A stretch of 64,000 bases of DNA from Candidatus Nomurabacteria bacterium. GTDB taxonomy: Bacteria > Patescibacteriota > Minisyncoccia > Phycocordibacterales > UBA9973. Shown here piece after piece: positions 17,813-27,602 of this stretch (its first letter is position 1; every line of letters begins with the position of its first letter). The notes beneath the pieces were generated by a model. That model searched no databases. It was not told the origin of the DNA and was given only the letters and a program-made list of their open reading frames with translations. The position numbers and the translations under genes were made by a program. The DNA lies in contig CP064958.1 of assembly GCA_016699085.1 (NCBI GenBank), positions 196,141-260,140 on the forward strand, in the 5' to 3' direction.

Positions 17813-18265
17813 TTATACATGCACATTGCTAACACTATCAACGGGAGCCTTAGGCTTTGTGCTTTGAAAGAATTTCTTTGTTTCTGCGTATGGATCAACT
17901 CCAAGCAAAGTTTGCACTGCACCTTCCCGTTTCGCGTGACCAGAAAGAGCTACAATAAACCGAAGCATTGTCCCAATCCCTAAAAATACATAGATGATAG
18001 TAAATATTTTAGCAGCATCAGTACTTGGTACCAATTGCCCCCCGGCGCCGACAGTTGAAAGTGTGGTAACACTAAAATATAACGCATCCAAATATTTCCA
18101 ATGCTCGACAAAATGGTAAAATATTGAGCCTGAAATTAAAAGTATAACTAAAAATGTCAGTAAGCTCCGAAGCTCTCGATCACGCAATACATCTCGCATC
18201 GTTCTCGTAAAGCGCACAATCATAAGAATAAAAGTTGCACTCATGACTGCCTTACTTAATCGCAA
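17813..18265 (-). CDS. Two-TM ion-channel (K+ channel-like) protein with atypical filter
   Basis: TM-pore-TM layout with TTLSTVGAGG in the selectivity-filter position (canonical TVGYGD). Confidence 0.5.
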   Translation of the reverse strand: MRLSKAVMSATFILMIVRFTRTMRDVLRDRELRSLLTFLVILLISGSIFYHFVEHWKYLDALYFSVTTLSTVGAGGQLVPSTDAAKIFTIIYVFLGIGTMLRFIVALSGHAKREGAVQTLLGVDPYAETKKFFQSTKPKAPVDSVSNVHV

Positions 18266-18725
18266 GCAATGTCACATCAAAAATAAGTGTAGCATTCGGA
18301 GGAATAGTCCCCGGAATACCTGACGGACCATAAGCTAAATTGCCTGGAATAACAAGCTTGCGCTCTTCACCAACTTTCATACCGGCAACACCCTCATCCC
18401 AACCTGCAATCACCTGATGCGCACCTAAAGGAAAATCAAACGCCCCTCCGTGATTGGCACTAGCGTCAAATATTGTTCCATCTTCGAGCATACCAACATA
18501 TGAAACAGAGACAGTCTGGCCGCTTGCTGCTATAGCGCCAGTGCCTTCTTTTATAATGGTATATCTAAGACCACTTGCAGTTGTTGTTTCTTGCATATCT
18601 AAAGTATTTGATTGATTGGTAGTATCCTCAATTGAGGATGAACGCTTATGCATACCAATAGCAATCGCTAAAATAATAAGAATACCCATAATAGCACACG
18701 CACTCATAATTTGCTTTTTATTCAT
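18252..18725 (-). CDS. FKBP-type peptidyl-prolyl cis-trans isomerase (membrane/secreted)
   Basis: GLRYTIIKEGTG...VSVSYVGMLEDGTIFD...FPLGAHQVIAGWDEGVAGMKVGEERKLVIP...LIFDVTLL. Confidence 0.85.
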   Translation of the reverse strand: MNKKQIMSACAIMGILIILAIAIGMHKRSSSIEDTTNQSNTLDMQETTTASGLRYTIIKEGTGAIAASGQTVSVSYVGMLEDGTIFDASANHGGAFDFPLGAHQVIAGWDEGVAGMKVGEERKLVIPGNLAYGPSGIPGTIPPNATLIFDVTLLAIK

Positions 18726-18894
18726 ATGCTCTAGTATAACGTTGCAAATTGGTAAAAGAAAGTATGCTACACTAATTCCATCTTAGGTAAAGAGATACAA
18801 ATCACTATGCTTACACAAAAAGATTTACTCACAGGTAAATCCAACAACTCATGCCAAAGAAGTCCTCAGTGATATTGAAACGCTTCGCTAATAA

Positions 18895-18930
18895 TAAAAA
18901 CCCTGCTTAGCAGGGTTTTTATTATTAGCG
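18895..18930 (-). terminator. Rho-independent terminator
   Basis: AAAAACCCTGCTAAGCAGGGTTTTTATTATT. Confidence 0.6.
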
Positions 18931-18932
18931 AA

Positions 18933-19199
18933 CTATTGAATATTAGTATTTAATTCGTCAAAATTCGTCGCATCGAGATCTTCTGATATATCATTAAGCT
19001 CATCAGAATAGGTATCATTTCCAGACTGAATTGATGCTTCTTCCTGTATGACTGTTGGTGCTTCTACTTTTTCGCGTTGCATGAAGAAGTACACGCCGCC
19101 CGCGATAATAATAGCAATGACAAGTACAATCGCAAGCGATGAACCTTTTTTGTTTTCTGGCTCCATATTTGGCAAAGTGTTAGATGTGTTTGTATCCAT
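18933..19199 (-). CDS. Small membrane-anchored acidic protein
   Basis: 88 aa with one TM segment and an acidic C-terminus. Confidence 0.35.
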   Translation of the reverse strand: MDTNTSNTLPNMEPENKKGSSLAIVLVIAIIIAGGVYFFMQREKVEAPTVIQEEASIQSGNDTYSDELNDISEDLDATNFDELNTNIQ

Positions 19200-19207
19200 A
19201 TAAATAA

Positions 19208-20020
19208 TTATTGTGTGCTAGTTGCTTGATCGAGAATAGTATTTGTTGTTGTATTGACAGGAATATCATTGGCCGTAGGTGAAATAGTCGTAGTATTTTT
19301 TACTTGCCCAGAAGTAGATCCTGAGACTCCTAAAACAGCTTTCATATTTTCAATAATCGCTGTCAGTGCTTTCTTGGCTGTAGTAATTTCTTGACGTAAT
19401 GCTTCTGCTTTGCTTTTTAGGCTGCCATCAGCATTTGTATCTGTTGTTGCTGAAGCTTGAAGCGCCGCCAAATCTCTTTCTGCAAGATCTATAGCATTGT
19501 TAGCAGTTTCCAACATAGCTTCAAATGTACTAGTATCACGGCCGGTTGCTTGTACTTTGGCAATCCTACTTTCTATCCGAGTAGCAATCTCATGTAACAT
19601 CACAATTGCATTTGTAAAGCGCTCTGTTACATTTTCTCGAACCTTAATTATCTCCCCTGCTTTTTCTTCGCCAAATTTTTGACTGAGCATATCTTTGCGC
19701 GCGGCGAGGCTTGATTTAAAAACTGCTGTATCACCTTCCATTTTTGTTACCCGTGATTGCATAAGCTTTTCTATCTCAGCCCTATTTCTAGGAACAGGCA
19801 TGGTCTTGGCCTGACTATTAGATAGGGGCAACAGTTTTGTTTTTGGTACCACTGTGTCGGTATTAGTTCCAGTATTTGTATCCATCTCAGTATTCGTCGT
19901 ACTGACACTTTGAGTTTCAAGCTTTGGTGGCATCATATTGTTACCCGGTAATCCAATCGCATGAGCACCATGGGCGGAAACCATAAAAACCATAACAAAA
20001 ATAGCTATATATGTTTTCAT
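19208..20020 (-). CDS. Secreted coiled-coil protein
   Basis: Signal peptide MKTYIAIFVMVFMVSAHGAHA, Thr/Asn-rich termini, central helical region. Confidence 0.4.
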   Translation of the reverse strand: MKTYIAIFVMVFMVSAHGAHAIGLPGNNMMPPKLETQSVSTTNTEMDTNTGTNTDTVVPKTKLLPLSNSQAKTMPVPRNRAEIEKLMQSRVTKMEGDTAVFKSSLAARKDMLSQKFGEEKAGEIIKVRENVTERFTNAIVMLHEIATRIESRIAKVQATGRDTSTFEAMLETANNAIDLAERDLAALQASATTDTNADGSLKSKAEALRQEITTAKKALTAIIENMKAVLGVSGSTSGQVKNTTTISPTANDIPVNTTTNTILDQATSTQ

Positions 20021-20098
20021 TTTTATGAAATTAAATTATAAGAGGCACTATAAGATGTGGCTTACAGATACCAGTGTAAGTATAGCAAACAAAGCAAA

Positions 20099-20875
20099 TT
20101 AGCTATCCACATCTTTAGAGTTTCGAGAAGGACTAGCGGCAAGGCCTTGCCAGACTTGTTCCCATTCTGCAAGTTCTTCACAATGTACTTTCCTATAGAG
20201 AGAGAACGCAAGGGGTGTTTCTATTTCAATACTTTTATTTTCTTTTGTTTTCATGCCAAAAAATAAGAGTGGATCAACAGCAACTATCACATCTTTCTTA
20301 CGGAACTCCATCTGGATGTGCACATGAGAAATAGTGCCATGTATATTGCCTGTCTTTCCTACGCGCCCAAGCGCGCGAGTAGCTTCAATAGGCAAAAGCG
20401 GATACGTATGGAAACTTATTTCACGCAGAAACTTCTGACGACGATTAAACTTAACCGTAAATTTTGATAAATGCATATACAGACTATACAGAACAAAACC
20501 GTCTTCTGTTTTTATTTCTGGGTGTGATAACAATACATATTTGCCATTTGTTTCGTTAAATCCAGAATATTCAAAAATACCAGATGCTATTGGATAGACC
20601 AAGGTTCCAGTGCGGTTGGGAATATCAATGCCAATATGGAAATAATTCGACTTGTGTTTGATTGGATGATAGCGAAAACCAAAATAGCCGAAATGCTTAT
20701 CAATCTCTCGACTGCCGCGTTTTATAGGAAATTGCAATCCATCTAGTCGTTTGACTATTTTGTATAATTTCTCCCAGAATTTTTTATCTTTGTCTGGAAT
20801 ATAGTGCTCAATTTTTGAAGCATAAACACCAGGGCGTTTTTGTATGTGCTTTCCAATTGGTGGCAACAAAATCAC
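20099..20875 (-). CDS. M23 (LytM-type) metallopeptidase
   Basis: HIGIDIP...GTLVYPIASG...YSLYMHLS...GNIHGTISHVHIQ, matching HxxxD and HxH M23 motifs. Confidence 0.75.
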   Translation of the reverse strand: MILLPPIGKHIQKRPGVYASKIEHYIPDKDKKFWEKLYKIVKRLDGLQFPIKRGSREIDKHFGYFGFRYHPIKHKSNYFHIGIDIPNRTGTLVYPIASGIFEYSGFNETNGKYVLLSHPEIKTEDGFVLYSLYMHLSKFTVKFNRRQKFLREISFHTYPLLPIEATRALGRVGKTGNIHGTISHVHIQMEFRKKDVIVAVDPLLFFGMKTKENKSIEIETPLAFSLYRKVHCEELAEWEQVWQGLAASPSRNSKDVDS

Positions 20876-20936
20876 GATACTTAAAGTATACTCCAGGTTT
20901 TTTGGGTTACCAACCTGCTTTCAATAAGCTACTATC

Positions 20937-21614
20937 TTAACTATTTTTCTCGATAGCAACAACTTCCCCATCGCGGAGCGTAATAATCCGATTAGCCAAA
21001 TGGGCATACTCATCTTCGTGGGTAACCATAATAATGGTCTGCCCTTCTTTGTGTAAATCTATAAAAGCATCAAGCACGGCTCGAGACGTTTCGCTGTCTA
21101 AGTTTGCAGTCGGCTCATCAGCAAAAATAATTTTTGGATTATGCGCAATCGCTCGCGCAATAGCGACTCGCTGCTGCTGACCTCCCGATAATTGTGACGG
21201 TAAACTGTGCAAGCGATTACCAAGACCAACTCGTTCAAGCGCCTGCTCGGAAGCAAGCATCGCTTCGGATGTTGCAGCACCTTGCATCAAAAGTGGTAAA
21301 CTCACATTCTCAAGTGCAGTGAGCGAAGGTAATATTGCATAGTCTTGAAAGACATAGCCCAAATGTGCAAGACGAAATTCTGTTCGCTCATGACTTGAAA
21401 GATCATTAGTGGCAATACTGTCAATAAAAATTGTGCCACTTGTTGGATGATCTAATAGTCCTAACTGATACAAGAGTGTACTTTTCCCTGATCCAGATCG
21501 GCCGGTAATAGCAATAAATTCTCCAGTCTCGACCCGAATATCAATATTTCGAAGCGCAGTAACAGGACCTGCACCACTTTGAAATGTTTTAGTTAATTGT
21601 TTTGTTTCGATCAT
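20937..21614 (-). CDS. ABC transporter ATP-binding protein (FtsE/LolD/MacB-type)
   Basis: Walker A GRSGSGKST, signature LSGGQQQRVAIARA, Walker B IIFADEPT. Start trimmed to MIETKQ. Confidence 0.85.
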   Translation of the reverse strand: MIETKQLTKTFQSGAGPVTALRNIDIRVETGEFIAITGRSGSGKSTLLYQLGLLDHPTSGTIFIDSIATNDLSSHERTEFRLAHLGYVFQDYAILPSLTALENVSLPLLMQGAATSEAMLASEQALERVGLGNRLHSLPSQLSGGQQQRVAIARAIAHNPKIIFADEPTANLDSETSRAVLDAFIDLHKEGQTIIMVTHEDEYAHLANRIITLRDGEVVAIEKNS

Positions 21615-21618
21615 ATAA

Positions 21619-22899
21619 TTATCTGCCAAGTATGGCATCAAGTGTATTTTGTTTAATGACAATTCTCGCAGGGATGTAGCCGGCAATAATAGTTGCTACA
21701 AAAAGTATAATAGCTCGCACCAGTGTCCCGGATATTGTGGCTACTAAAATACCATCTGAAAATGGAAAATCAATCGGATGTGCTGCAATAAGAGGCTTAA
21801 GAAGAAGAAAGACAATGAGCACACCAAATCCGACACCTGCCATTGAATAGAAAAGTGACTGCATAACATACGAGAATTGTATTGCTTGCCCAGAAATACC
21901 AATACCTTTCAGTATGCCAATAAATCGTCTGCGGGTAATGGCATTGACGAAAATAACAATGAATATTGTAATCGATGCTACCGCAAGACCGATCGATCCA
22001 ATAATATTTCCAATGAGTGCAAATGTGAGTTTTATATCTTTAAGAAATTTAGGCTGAGCTTCCTGCCAGGTTTGAATGCGGGCATTTTCTGCGACACCCG
22101 AAGCAACAAGCGCTGCCTTAAACTCATCGGCCATCTTTGGGTCTGCAAGCTTGATCACAATTTCATCAAGATTCAGATCGCTTCGTCCGATTAATTTCCT
22201 GATTTCTGTATCAAGCATAAAAATTCTCGAGTCAACCTCACCGACTTTGCCTTTGATAATACCCTTTACTATTACTTCACGAGAATTACCAGCAATATTG
22301 AGTCGCACCTTGGATCCGACTTCTACATTTTTGAGTGTTTGAAATCCAGGGGAATCAATCGGCGTATATTTAAAAAGTAAATCACCTCCTATTAAAATAC
22401 TGTCAGTATCACCTGGCTCTAAGTATTCCCCCTCTACAACGAGCGAACCAAGCCCAGTAACTTTATCTTCGTTAACTGGATCAATACCGGCCACTAACCC
22501 ACCAGCACTACTAATGATTTGATTTGGTTTGAGCGTCTCTTTGTAATTTGATTCAATTTTACCACCCTGCGTATAACGTCCAGTATAAGCCACAAAGCCG
22601 GGTATAGTTTTTATAATATTAATTATTTCAGAACTTTGATCGATATATGAGCGATCAGAAAAAGGTGAAATGATAATATCACTCGTATAGTGGATTTTAT
22701 TTGCCTCTTCAGAACCTTGAATGAGTCCAACGAGAATACCCGAGACAACAATGAGATTCAGAAACGTAAGTGTCATCACAAAAATAATAAGTCCTGTCGT
22801 CCATTTGTTGGCATGGATAATGTCACGATAAGCCAAAAAAGCCCCAACCTTTAGGGATATTCTGGTTTTCGCTAATTTACTCATACTCGATTTCTGCAT
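21619..22899 (-). CDS. FtsX/MacB-like ABC permease
   Basis: One N-terminal TM, large extracytoplasmic domain, C-terminal FtsX-type TM bundle. Confidence 0.75.
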   Translation of the reverse strand: MQKSSMSKLAKTRISLKVGAFLAYRDIIHANKWTTGLIIFVMTLTFLNLIVVSGILVGLIQGSEEANKIHYTSDIIISPFSDRSYIDQSSEIINIIKTIPGFVAYTGRYTQGGKIESNYKETLKPNQIISSAGGLVAGIDPVNEDKVTGLGSLVVEGEYLEPGDTDSILIGGDLLFKYTPIDSPGFQTLKNVEVGSKVRLNIAGNSREVIVKGIIKGKVGEVDSRIFMLDTEIRKLIGRSDLNLDEIVIKLADPKMADEFKAALVASGVAENARIQTWQEAQPKFLKDIKLTFALIGNIIGSIGLAVASITIFIVIFVNAITRRRFIGILKGIGISGQAIQFSYVMQSLFYSMAGVGFGVLIVFLLLKPLIAAHPIDFPFSDGILVATISGTLVRAIILFVATIIAGYIPARIVIKQNTLDAILGR

Positions 22900-22983
22900 A
22901 CAACGTACTATAGCAGAAAAAGCATGTATTCATACTAGAGAGATACTACTTACTGTTCTACACACCGTGATTGCACGAGCCAC

Positions 22984-25620
22984 TCATGAAGATATTTTAA
23001 TATGCTTATTTCTACTACTTGAATATTGAAACCATAATTTTGCAAGCTCAACAAGTGCCACATTGAGCACGAGCCACACGCCGACTACCCAGAGCCACGA
23101 GAGTGGTAGTGGTGCTATACCAAACACTTCGCGCATAAATGGTATGGTAATTGTCGCGATCAATATGAGAAATGCAATGAGAACACTCAAGTTGAGTTTT
23201 TTGTTTGAGAAAACATTGTACGAAAAAAGTGGGCGGTGCAGACTTCGAAATGAAAAGGCCACCACTAAAATATATGAAGAAAAACAAACAAAGAATATTG
23301 AGCGCGCGACCGGTACAGCAAGTCCGATCGATATAAGCCACCAATAAAGGAAGAAAAGGAGCACTGAAGTCATTACACCAATACCAAGGGAAATCACCTT
23401 GACCTCTTTTGTAAATAAATCTTTTGCAAATGAATGATGATTTTTTTCCTTATCAAGATCTTGATCAAACGCAAATGCGAGTGCTGGTAGACTACCTGTA
23501 AAAAGATTAACCCAAATAATCTGTAGCGCAGTAACAGGAAGCGCGATGCCCGCGACCAAGCTTCCACCGACCACAATGACCTCATCCAAAGAATTAGACA
23601 TCAGGTACATAAACGTTTTACGTACATTCGCAAGAATCCGTCTTCCTTCATCGATTGCCATAGTAATGGTCTGGAAATTATCATCAAGTAACACCAGATC
23701 TGCTGCACTTTTTGCTACATCACTTCCAGACCCAAGTGATACTCCAATATCCATTGCTTTCAATGCTGGGGCATCGTTTACACCATCGCCTGTCATTGCC
23801 ACCACCTCACCTAAATCCCTATAGAGCATACCCACCCGCAACTTGTCTTCTGGTGTCACGCGGGCAAAAATCTTGATGCGTGGAATAATTTCTTTCAATT
23901 CTTCGTCATTCATTGTATGAATGTCATTACCTGTAATTATTTCTGTATCCGTCACATGCCAACCAAGCGCTGTTGCTACCGCAAGCGCTGTACCTCGCAA
24001 GTCTCCCGTCATAATCACGACTCGCACACCTCGTGCCTCAATCGTGCGAATCGCTTCCGGCACCTCTTCGCGGATCGGATCATGGAAAGACAAGATACCT
24101 TTAAATTCAATGTTGGTTATTGCGTCCGGATGCATGCGCGACACTTCTTCGTGCCTGAGTGTACCGAGCGCGATCAAGCGCTCGCCGCGTGAGCTAGTCT
24201 CATGGATCCATGATTCAATACGCAAATATTCATCTTTCCCGATCGCTGCTCGTTTGAGCAACACATCGGGAGCTCCCATCACTATATACATGCGGTCATG
24301 CGAGGACACTGAAAATTTATTGGTCGAATTGAAAGGAATATGCAAAAGTGATTTTTTGGAAAGCATTGAGTCGATCGAAATGTGGTGCAGAAGGCACGCC
24401 TTTGCAATATTCACTTCAAACGGCCGTCCGATAAACTTCCATTCGCTCTCGGGTGATTGTGGATTTTCAACAACCACATCTATGTTGGAAAGTGCGAGTG
24501 TCAAAATACTTTTTTGTTCCGGAGAAAGATGCGCAAGATGTCCTGAAGTATGCGAGGGCAGAAGAAGAACCGAGACTGGATACACGCCGACAAGCTGCAT
24601 GTCGGCTTTGGTAAGTGTGCCTGTCTTGTCTGTCATGATCATCGTCGTAGATCCAAGTGTCTCAGCTGCTGCGAGTTTCCGCACCACGCCCTTCCTCGCT
24701 GCAATACGCTCGGCGCCGACCGCAAGAATCACTGTAAGCGCTATCGGCAATGCTTCCGGAACAGCACCGACGGCAACAGCAAGCGAAAGTACGAGCATAT
24801 TAAAAATTGGTTCACCTTTCAAAAGCCCCAGGACAAAAATAGCAACTACGATCAGAATCGTGATGCAAAAAATAAACCATGACAATTTCTTAATGCCAGT
24901 CTGTATCGGGGTGGGGGCGCGGTCAATCGAGCTGACGATCCCAGCTATCTTCCCGATTTCAGTATGTATGCCCGTATGCACAACGAGCGCAGTTGCAAAA
25001 CCTTCCACAACAAGCGTCCCTGCGTGGACCATGTTGATGCGGTCCGCAACCAGCACCGCTTCGGCAATCTGATCAACCTTTTTTTCGATCGGGAGCGATT
25101 CACCAGTCAGTATGGCTTCATCGATACGCAGATTGTTTACAGAAATAAGCCGTGCATCTGCCGGTACTCTCGAACCATACGATAGTTTGATAATATCTCC
25201 AGGGACCAACATCATCGAGTCGATTTCTTGTTCGATTCCCTCACGCATAACTCGCGAACGATCCTTGATGTAGGTCGCAAGCTGATCGAGCGTGTGTTCA
25301 GCGTGATACTCGCGATAAAATCCAAGTCCCACATTTACCACAACCGCGCCGATGATGACACCCATGTTGACCCATTCACCGAGCACCCCGGTAAGTACTG
25401 CCGCTCCGACGAGTATAAAAATCAGCGGACTTGCAAACTGTTTTGCAAGCAATCGCGTCACGCTTGCACGTTCGCGTCTTTGAAAATCATTACTGCCATA
25501 CTCTGCCACCCTCGTAGCTACCTCTACCTCTGTGAGGCCTTCAGGACGTGCTTCTAATTTCCGCAATAATTCATCAGCGGTTGCAAACCATGGCGCTGAA
25601 ATTGATACTTTTTTATCCAT
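22984..25620 (-). CDS. Cation-transporting P-type ATPase (P2-type, Ca2+/Mg2+-like)
   Basis: DKTGTLT phosphorylation motif, TGDGVNDAPALK, N-terminal cation-ATPase domain. 878 aa with 10 predicted TM segments. Confidence 0.9.
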   Translation of the reverse strand: MDKKVSISAPWFATADELLRKLEARPEGLTEVEVATRVAEYGSNDFQRRERASVTRLLAKQFASPLIFILVGAAVLTGVLGEWVNMGVIIGAVVVNVGLGFYREYHAEHTLDQLATYIKDRSRVMREGIEQEIDSMMLVPGDIIKLSYGSRVPADARLISVNNLRIDEAILTGESLPIEKKVDQIAEAVLVADRINMVHAGTLVVEGFATALVVHTGIHTEIGKIAGIVSSIDRAPTPIQTGIKKLSWFIFCITILIVVAIFVLGLLKGEPIFNMLVLSLAVAVGAVPEALPIALTVILAVGAERIAARKGVVRKLAAAETLGSTTMIMTDKTGTLTKADMQLVGVYPVSVLLLPSHTSGHLAHLSPEQKSILTLALSNIDVVVENPQSPESEWKFIGRPFEVNIAKACLLHHISIDSMLSKKSLLHIPFNSTNKFSVSSHDRMYIVMGAPDVLLKRAAIGKDEYLRIESWIHETSSRGERLIALGTLRHEEVSRMHPDAITNIEFKGILSFHDPIREEVPEAIRTIEARGVRVVIMTGDLRGTALAVATALGWHVTDTEIITGNDIHTMNDEELKEIIPRIKIFARVTPEDKLRVGMLYRDLGEVVAMTGDGVNDAPALKAMDIGVSLGSGSDVAKSAADLVLLDDNFQTITMAIDEGRRILANVRKTFMYLMSNSLDEVIVVGGSLVAGIALPVTALQIIWVNLFTGSLPALAFAFDQDLDKEKNHHSFAKDLFTKEVKVISLGIGVMTSVLLFFLYWWLISIGLAVPVARSIFFVCFSSYILVVAFSFRSLHRPLFSYNVFSNKKLNLSVLIAFLILIATITIPFMREVFGIAPLPLSWLWVVGVWLVLNVALVELAKLWFQYSSSRNKHIKISS

Positions 25621-25724
25621 ACTTAGGGTAGTCTGTATTCTAAAGACTTCTCATTGGTAGTAATAATTACTATCTTACCTTATTTATGGTAAAAACTTTC
25701 AATAGTTCACTATTCAGAATTAAT

Positions 25725-27452
25725 TTACTGGCAGTATTCCCAAAAATCTTTTTTATAATTCGTTGCGCTCGCGACACCTGTCCCTATATACCCTCTGCCA
25801 CCAATACTAAAACCAGTAGCATTATTGCGAGCTATTCCCCCGAAGTCCGCTTTTTGTGTCCATGAATCAGCTATCGAATCATATTCCCAAAAATCTTTCT
25901 TGTAGCCACTTACTGCATTACCTGTCCCCACATATCCCTTGCTGCCAATAGTAAAACCCACTGCACCATCGCGTGCTACCCCACCAAAATCTGCTTTTTG
26001 AGTCCACGTGTTTAGAGTTGGATCATATTCCCAAAAATCATTCTTTTTACCCAACTCATCTTCTCCTGTTCCAAGGTATCCTTTTCCATTCAATGCAAAA
26101 CCAACCGCCCTACTTCGAGCAGTCCCCGCGAAATCAGCTTTCTGCGTCCAGGTATCCGTGGTCGGATCATATTCCCAGAAAAAATTATTATTCGGGCTAT
26201 TGATATTGTGCCCGGTGCCAATATATTCTTTAGAATTTAGTGAGGAGGCAACACTTTGATGCCAGCTAACAACATTAGCACTTGCCTTCTGTGTCCAAGT
26301 ATTCAACGCAGGATCATACTGCCACATATCATCAAACGGACCGGTCGCCCAATTTATCCCTGTCCCCACATATCCCTTGCCGCCGATCGCAAAACCGACA
26401 GCTGCCATACGAGCAGTCCCCGCGAAGTCCACTTTTTGGGTCCAGGTGTTTGTGAGTTGATCATACTGCCAAAAATCTTTACGAAATTTATTTGTTCCGC
26501 CATTATATGCGTATCCCGTTCCCACATATCCTTTGTTGTCGATAGAAAATCCTACGGCTTCATGGCGCCCCATACCCCCAAAATCTGCTTTTTGCGTCCA
26601 GGTATTTGGCGTACACGCCGCGAGCGCCACGTTTACCGTCGTCTGTGCCGATGTCGTATTCGCGGTGCCGATTGCAGTCAACTTAAAGAGTGTTGTTTGC
26701 GTAAGCGGTCCCGTGACAATAGAACCTTCAGCTATTGGTGCAGCTGCCCCCACGCCCTGATCGATCGATCCTGTATTGCAGTTTACTGTCTTCCAATTGA
26801 GCACGGTCGTCTGTCCATAGGTTACGGTTTGCGGTGTTGCATTAAAAATAGAGATCGTGCATTGCGGTGGCGGCACAACCGTCACAATCTTGGTGGCTGA
26901 TGTGGTGTTGATAGAGTTTGAGGCGGTCAGGATGAAAATGGTTGTTTGCGTAAGAGGGCCGGATGAAATAGTACCATCTACGGGAACATTGCCGGTCACA
27001 GGTGAGATAGAAACAGTCGTGCAGTTGGTGGTGTTCCACGTGAGAGTAGCAGTGGCGTTGTAAGGAATAGATGGCGGTAATGCAGTGAAAGAATTAATCA
27101 TACACGGAGTAGGAATCCCAACCGTCACTTTAGCAGTCGCAGTGATAGTATTGGTGTCTCCGACGGCAGTAAGAAGATACACTTTTGTAGAAGTGAGCGG
27201 ACCGGTACCAACTGATCCTGTAGGAAAAGGCGAGTTAATAAGAGTCGTAGAACCTTGCGTGATCGCATGGGACATGCAGCCTGTCGTGGACCAACTAAGA
27301 GTAGAGGATCCACCTGAAGCAACTGTAGCAGGCACAGCTTTAAACGAAATAATCGCACATGGAGCAAGGGTTTCATCATCCGCAGAAACCGTAAAAGGGT
27401 TGCTGTATGTAAAAGCTACAACTATAAGGACTCCCCAAAATATGTTTTTCAT
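25725..27452 (-). CDS. Secreted Ig-like plus beta-propeller repeat protein
   Basis: Signal peptide, three N-terminal Ig-like modules, then about 7 repeats of the form WTQKADFGG-AR--AVGF-IG-KGY-GTG...KDFWEYD. Confidence 0.5.
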   Translation of the reverse strand: MKNIFWGVLIVVAFTYSNPFTVSADDETLAPCAIISFKAVPATVASGGSSTLSWSTTGCMSHAITQGSTTLINSPFPTGSVGTGPLTSTKVYLLTAVGDTNTITATAKVTVGIPTPCMINSFTALPPSIPYNATATLTWNTTNCTTVSISPVTGNVPVDGTISSGPLTQTTIFILTASNSINTTSATKIVTVVPPPQCTISIFNATPQTVTYGQTTVLNWKTVNCNTGSIDQGVGAAAPIAEGSIVTGPLTQTTLFKLTAIGTANTTSAQTTVNVALAACTPNTWTQKADFGGMGRHEAVGFSIDNKGYVGTGYAYNGGTNKFRKDFWQYDQLTNTWTQKVDFAGTARMAAVGFAIGGKGYVGTGINWATGPFDDMWQYDPALNTWTQKASANVVSWHQSVASSLNSKEYIGTGHNINSPNNNFFWEYDPTTDTWTQKADFAGTARSRAVGFALNGKGYLGTGEDELGKKNDFWEYDPTLNTWTQKADFGGVARDGAVGFTIGSKGYVGTGNAVSGYKKDFWEYDSIADSWTQKADFGGIARNNATGFSIGGRGYIGTGVASATNYKKDFWEYCQ

Positions 27453-27602
27453 AAGCGCGTTATATCATATGCGTATTATTTGTCAAATACAGAGTAGTTG
27501 ACTTATTTGATAATTTAAGGTACAACGTTACCAAGCTGTTACTCGCGCCTGGACCTTTCCTTGCGGATAAAGAGCAGTTTCTTAACAAAAAAATAACAAG
27601 AG

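Noticed and set aside
23921-25072. 383-aa plus-strand ORF
   Set aside because: Lies entirely antisense within the P-type ATPase gene, is low-complexity (Ser/Thr/Ala/Arg-rich) and has no motif. It is a shadow ORF.
26256-26900. 214-aa plus-strand ORF
   Set aside because: Antisense shadow ORF inside the 575-aa beta-propeller gene. Cys/Arg-rich nonsense composition.
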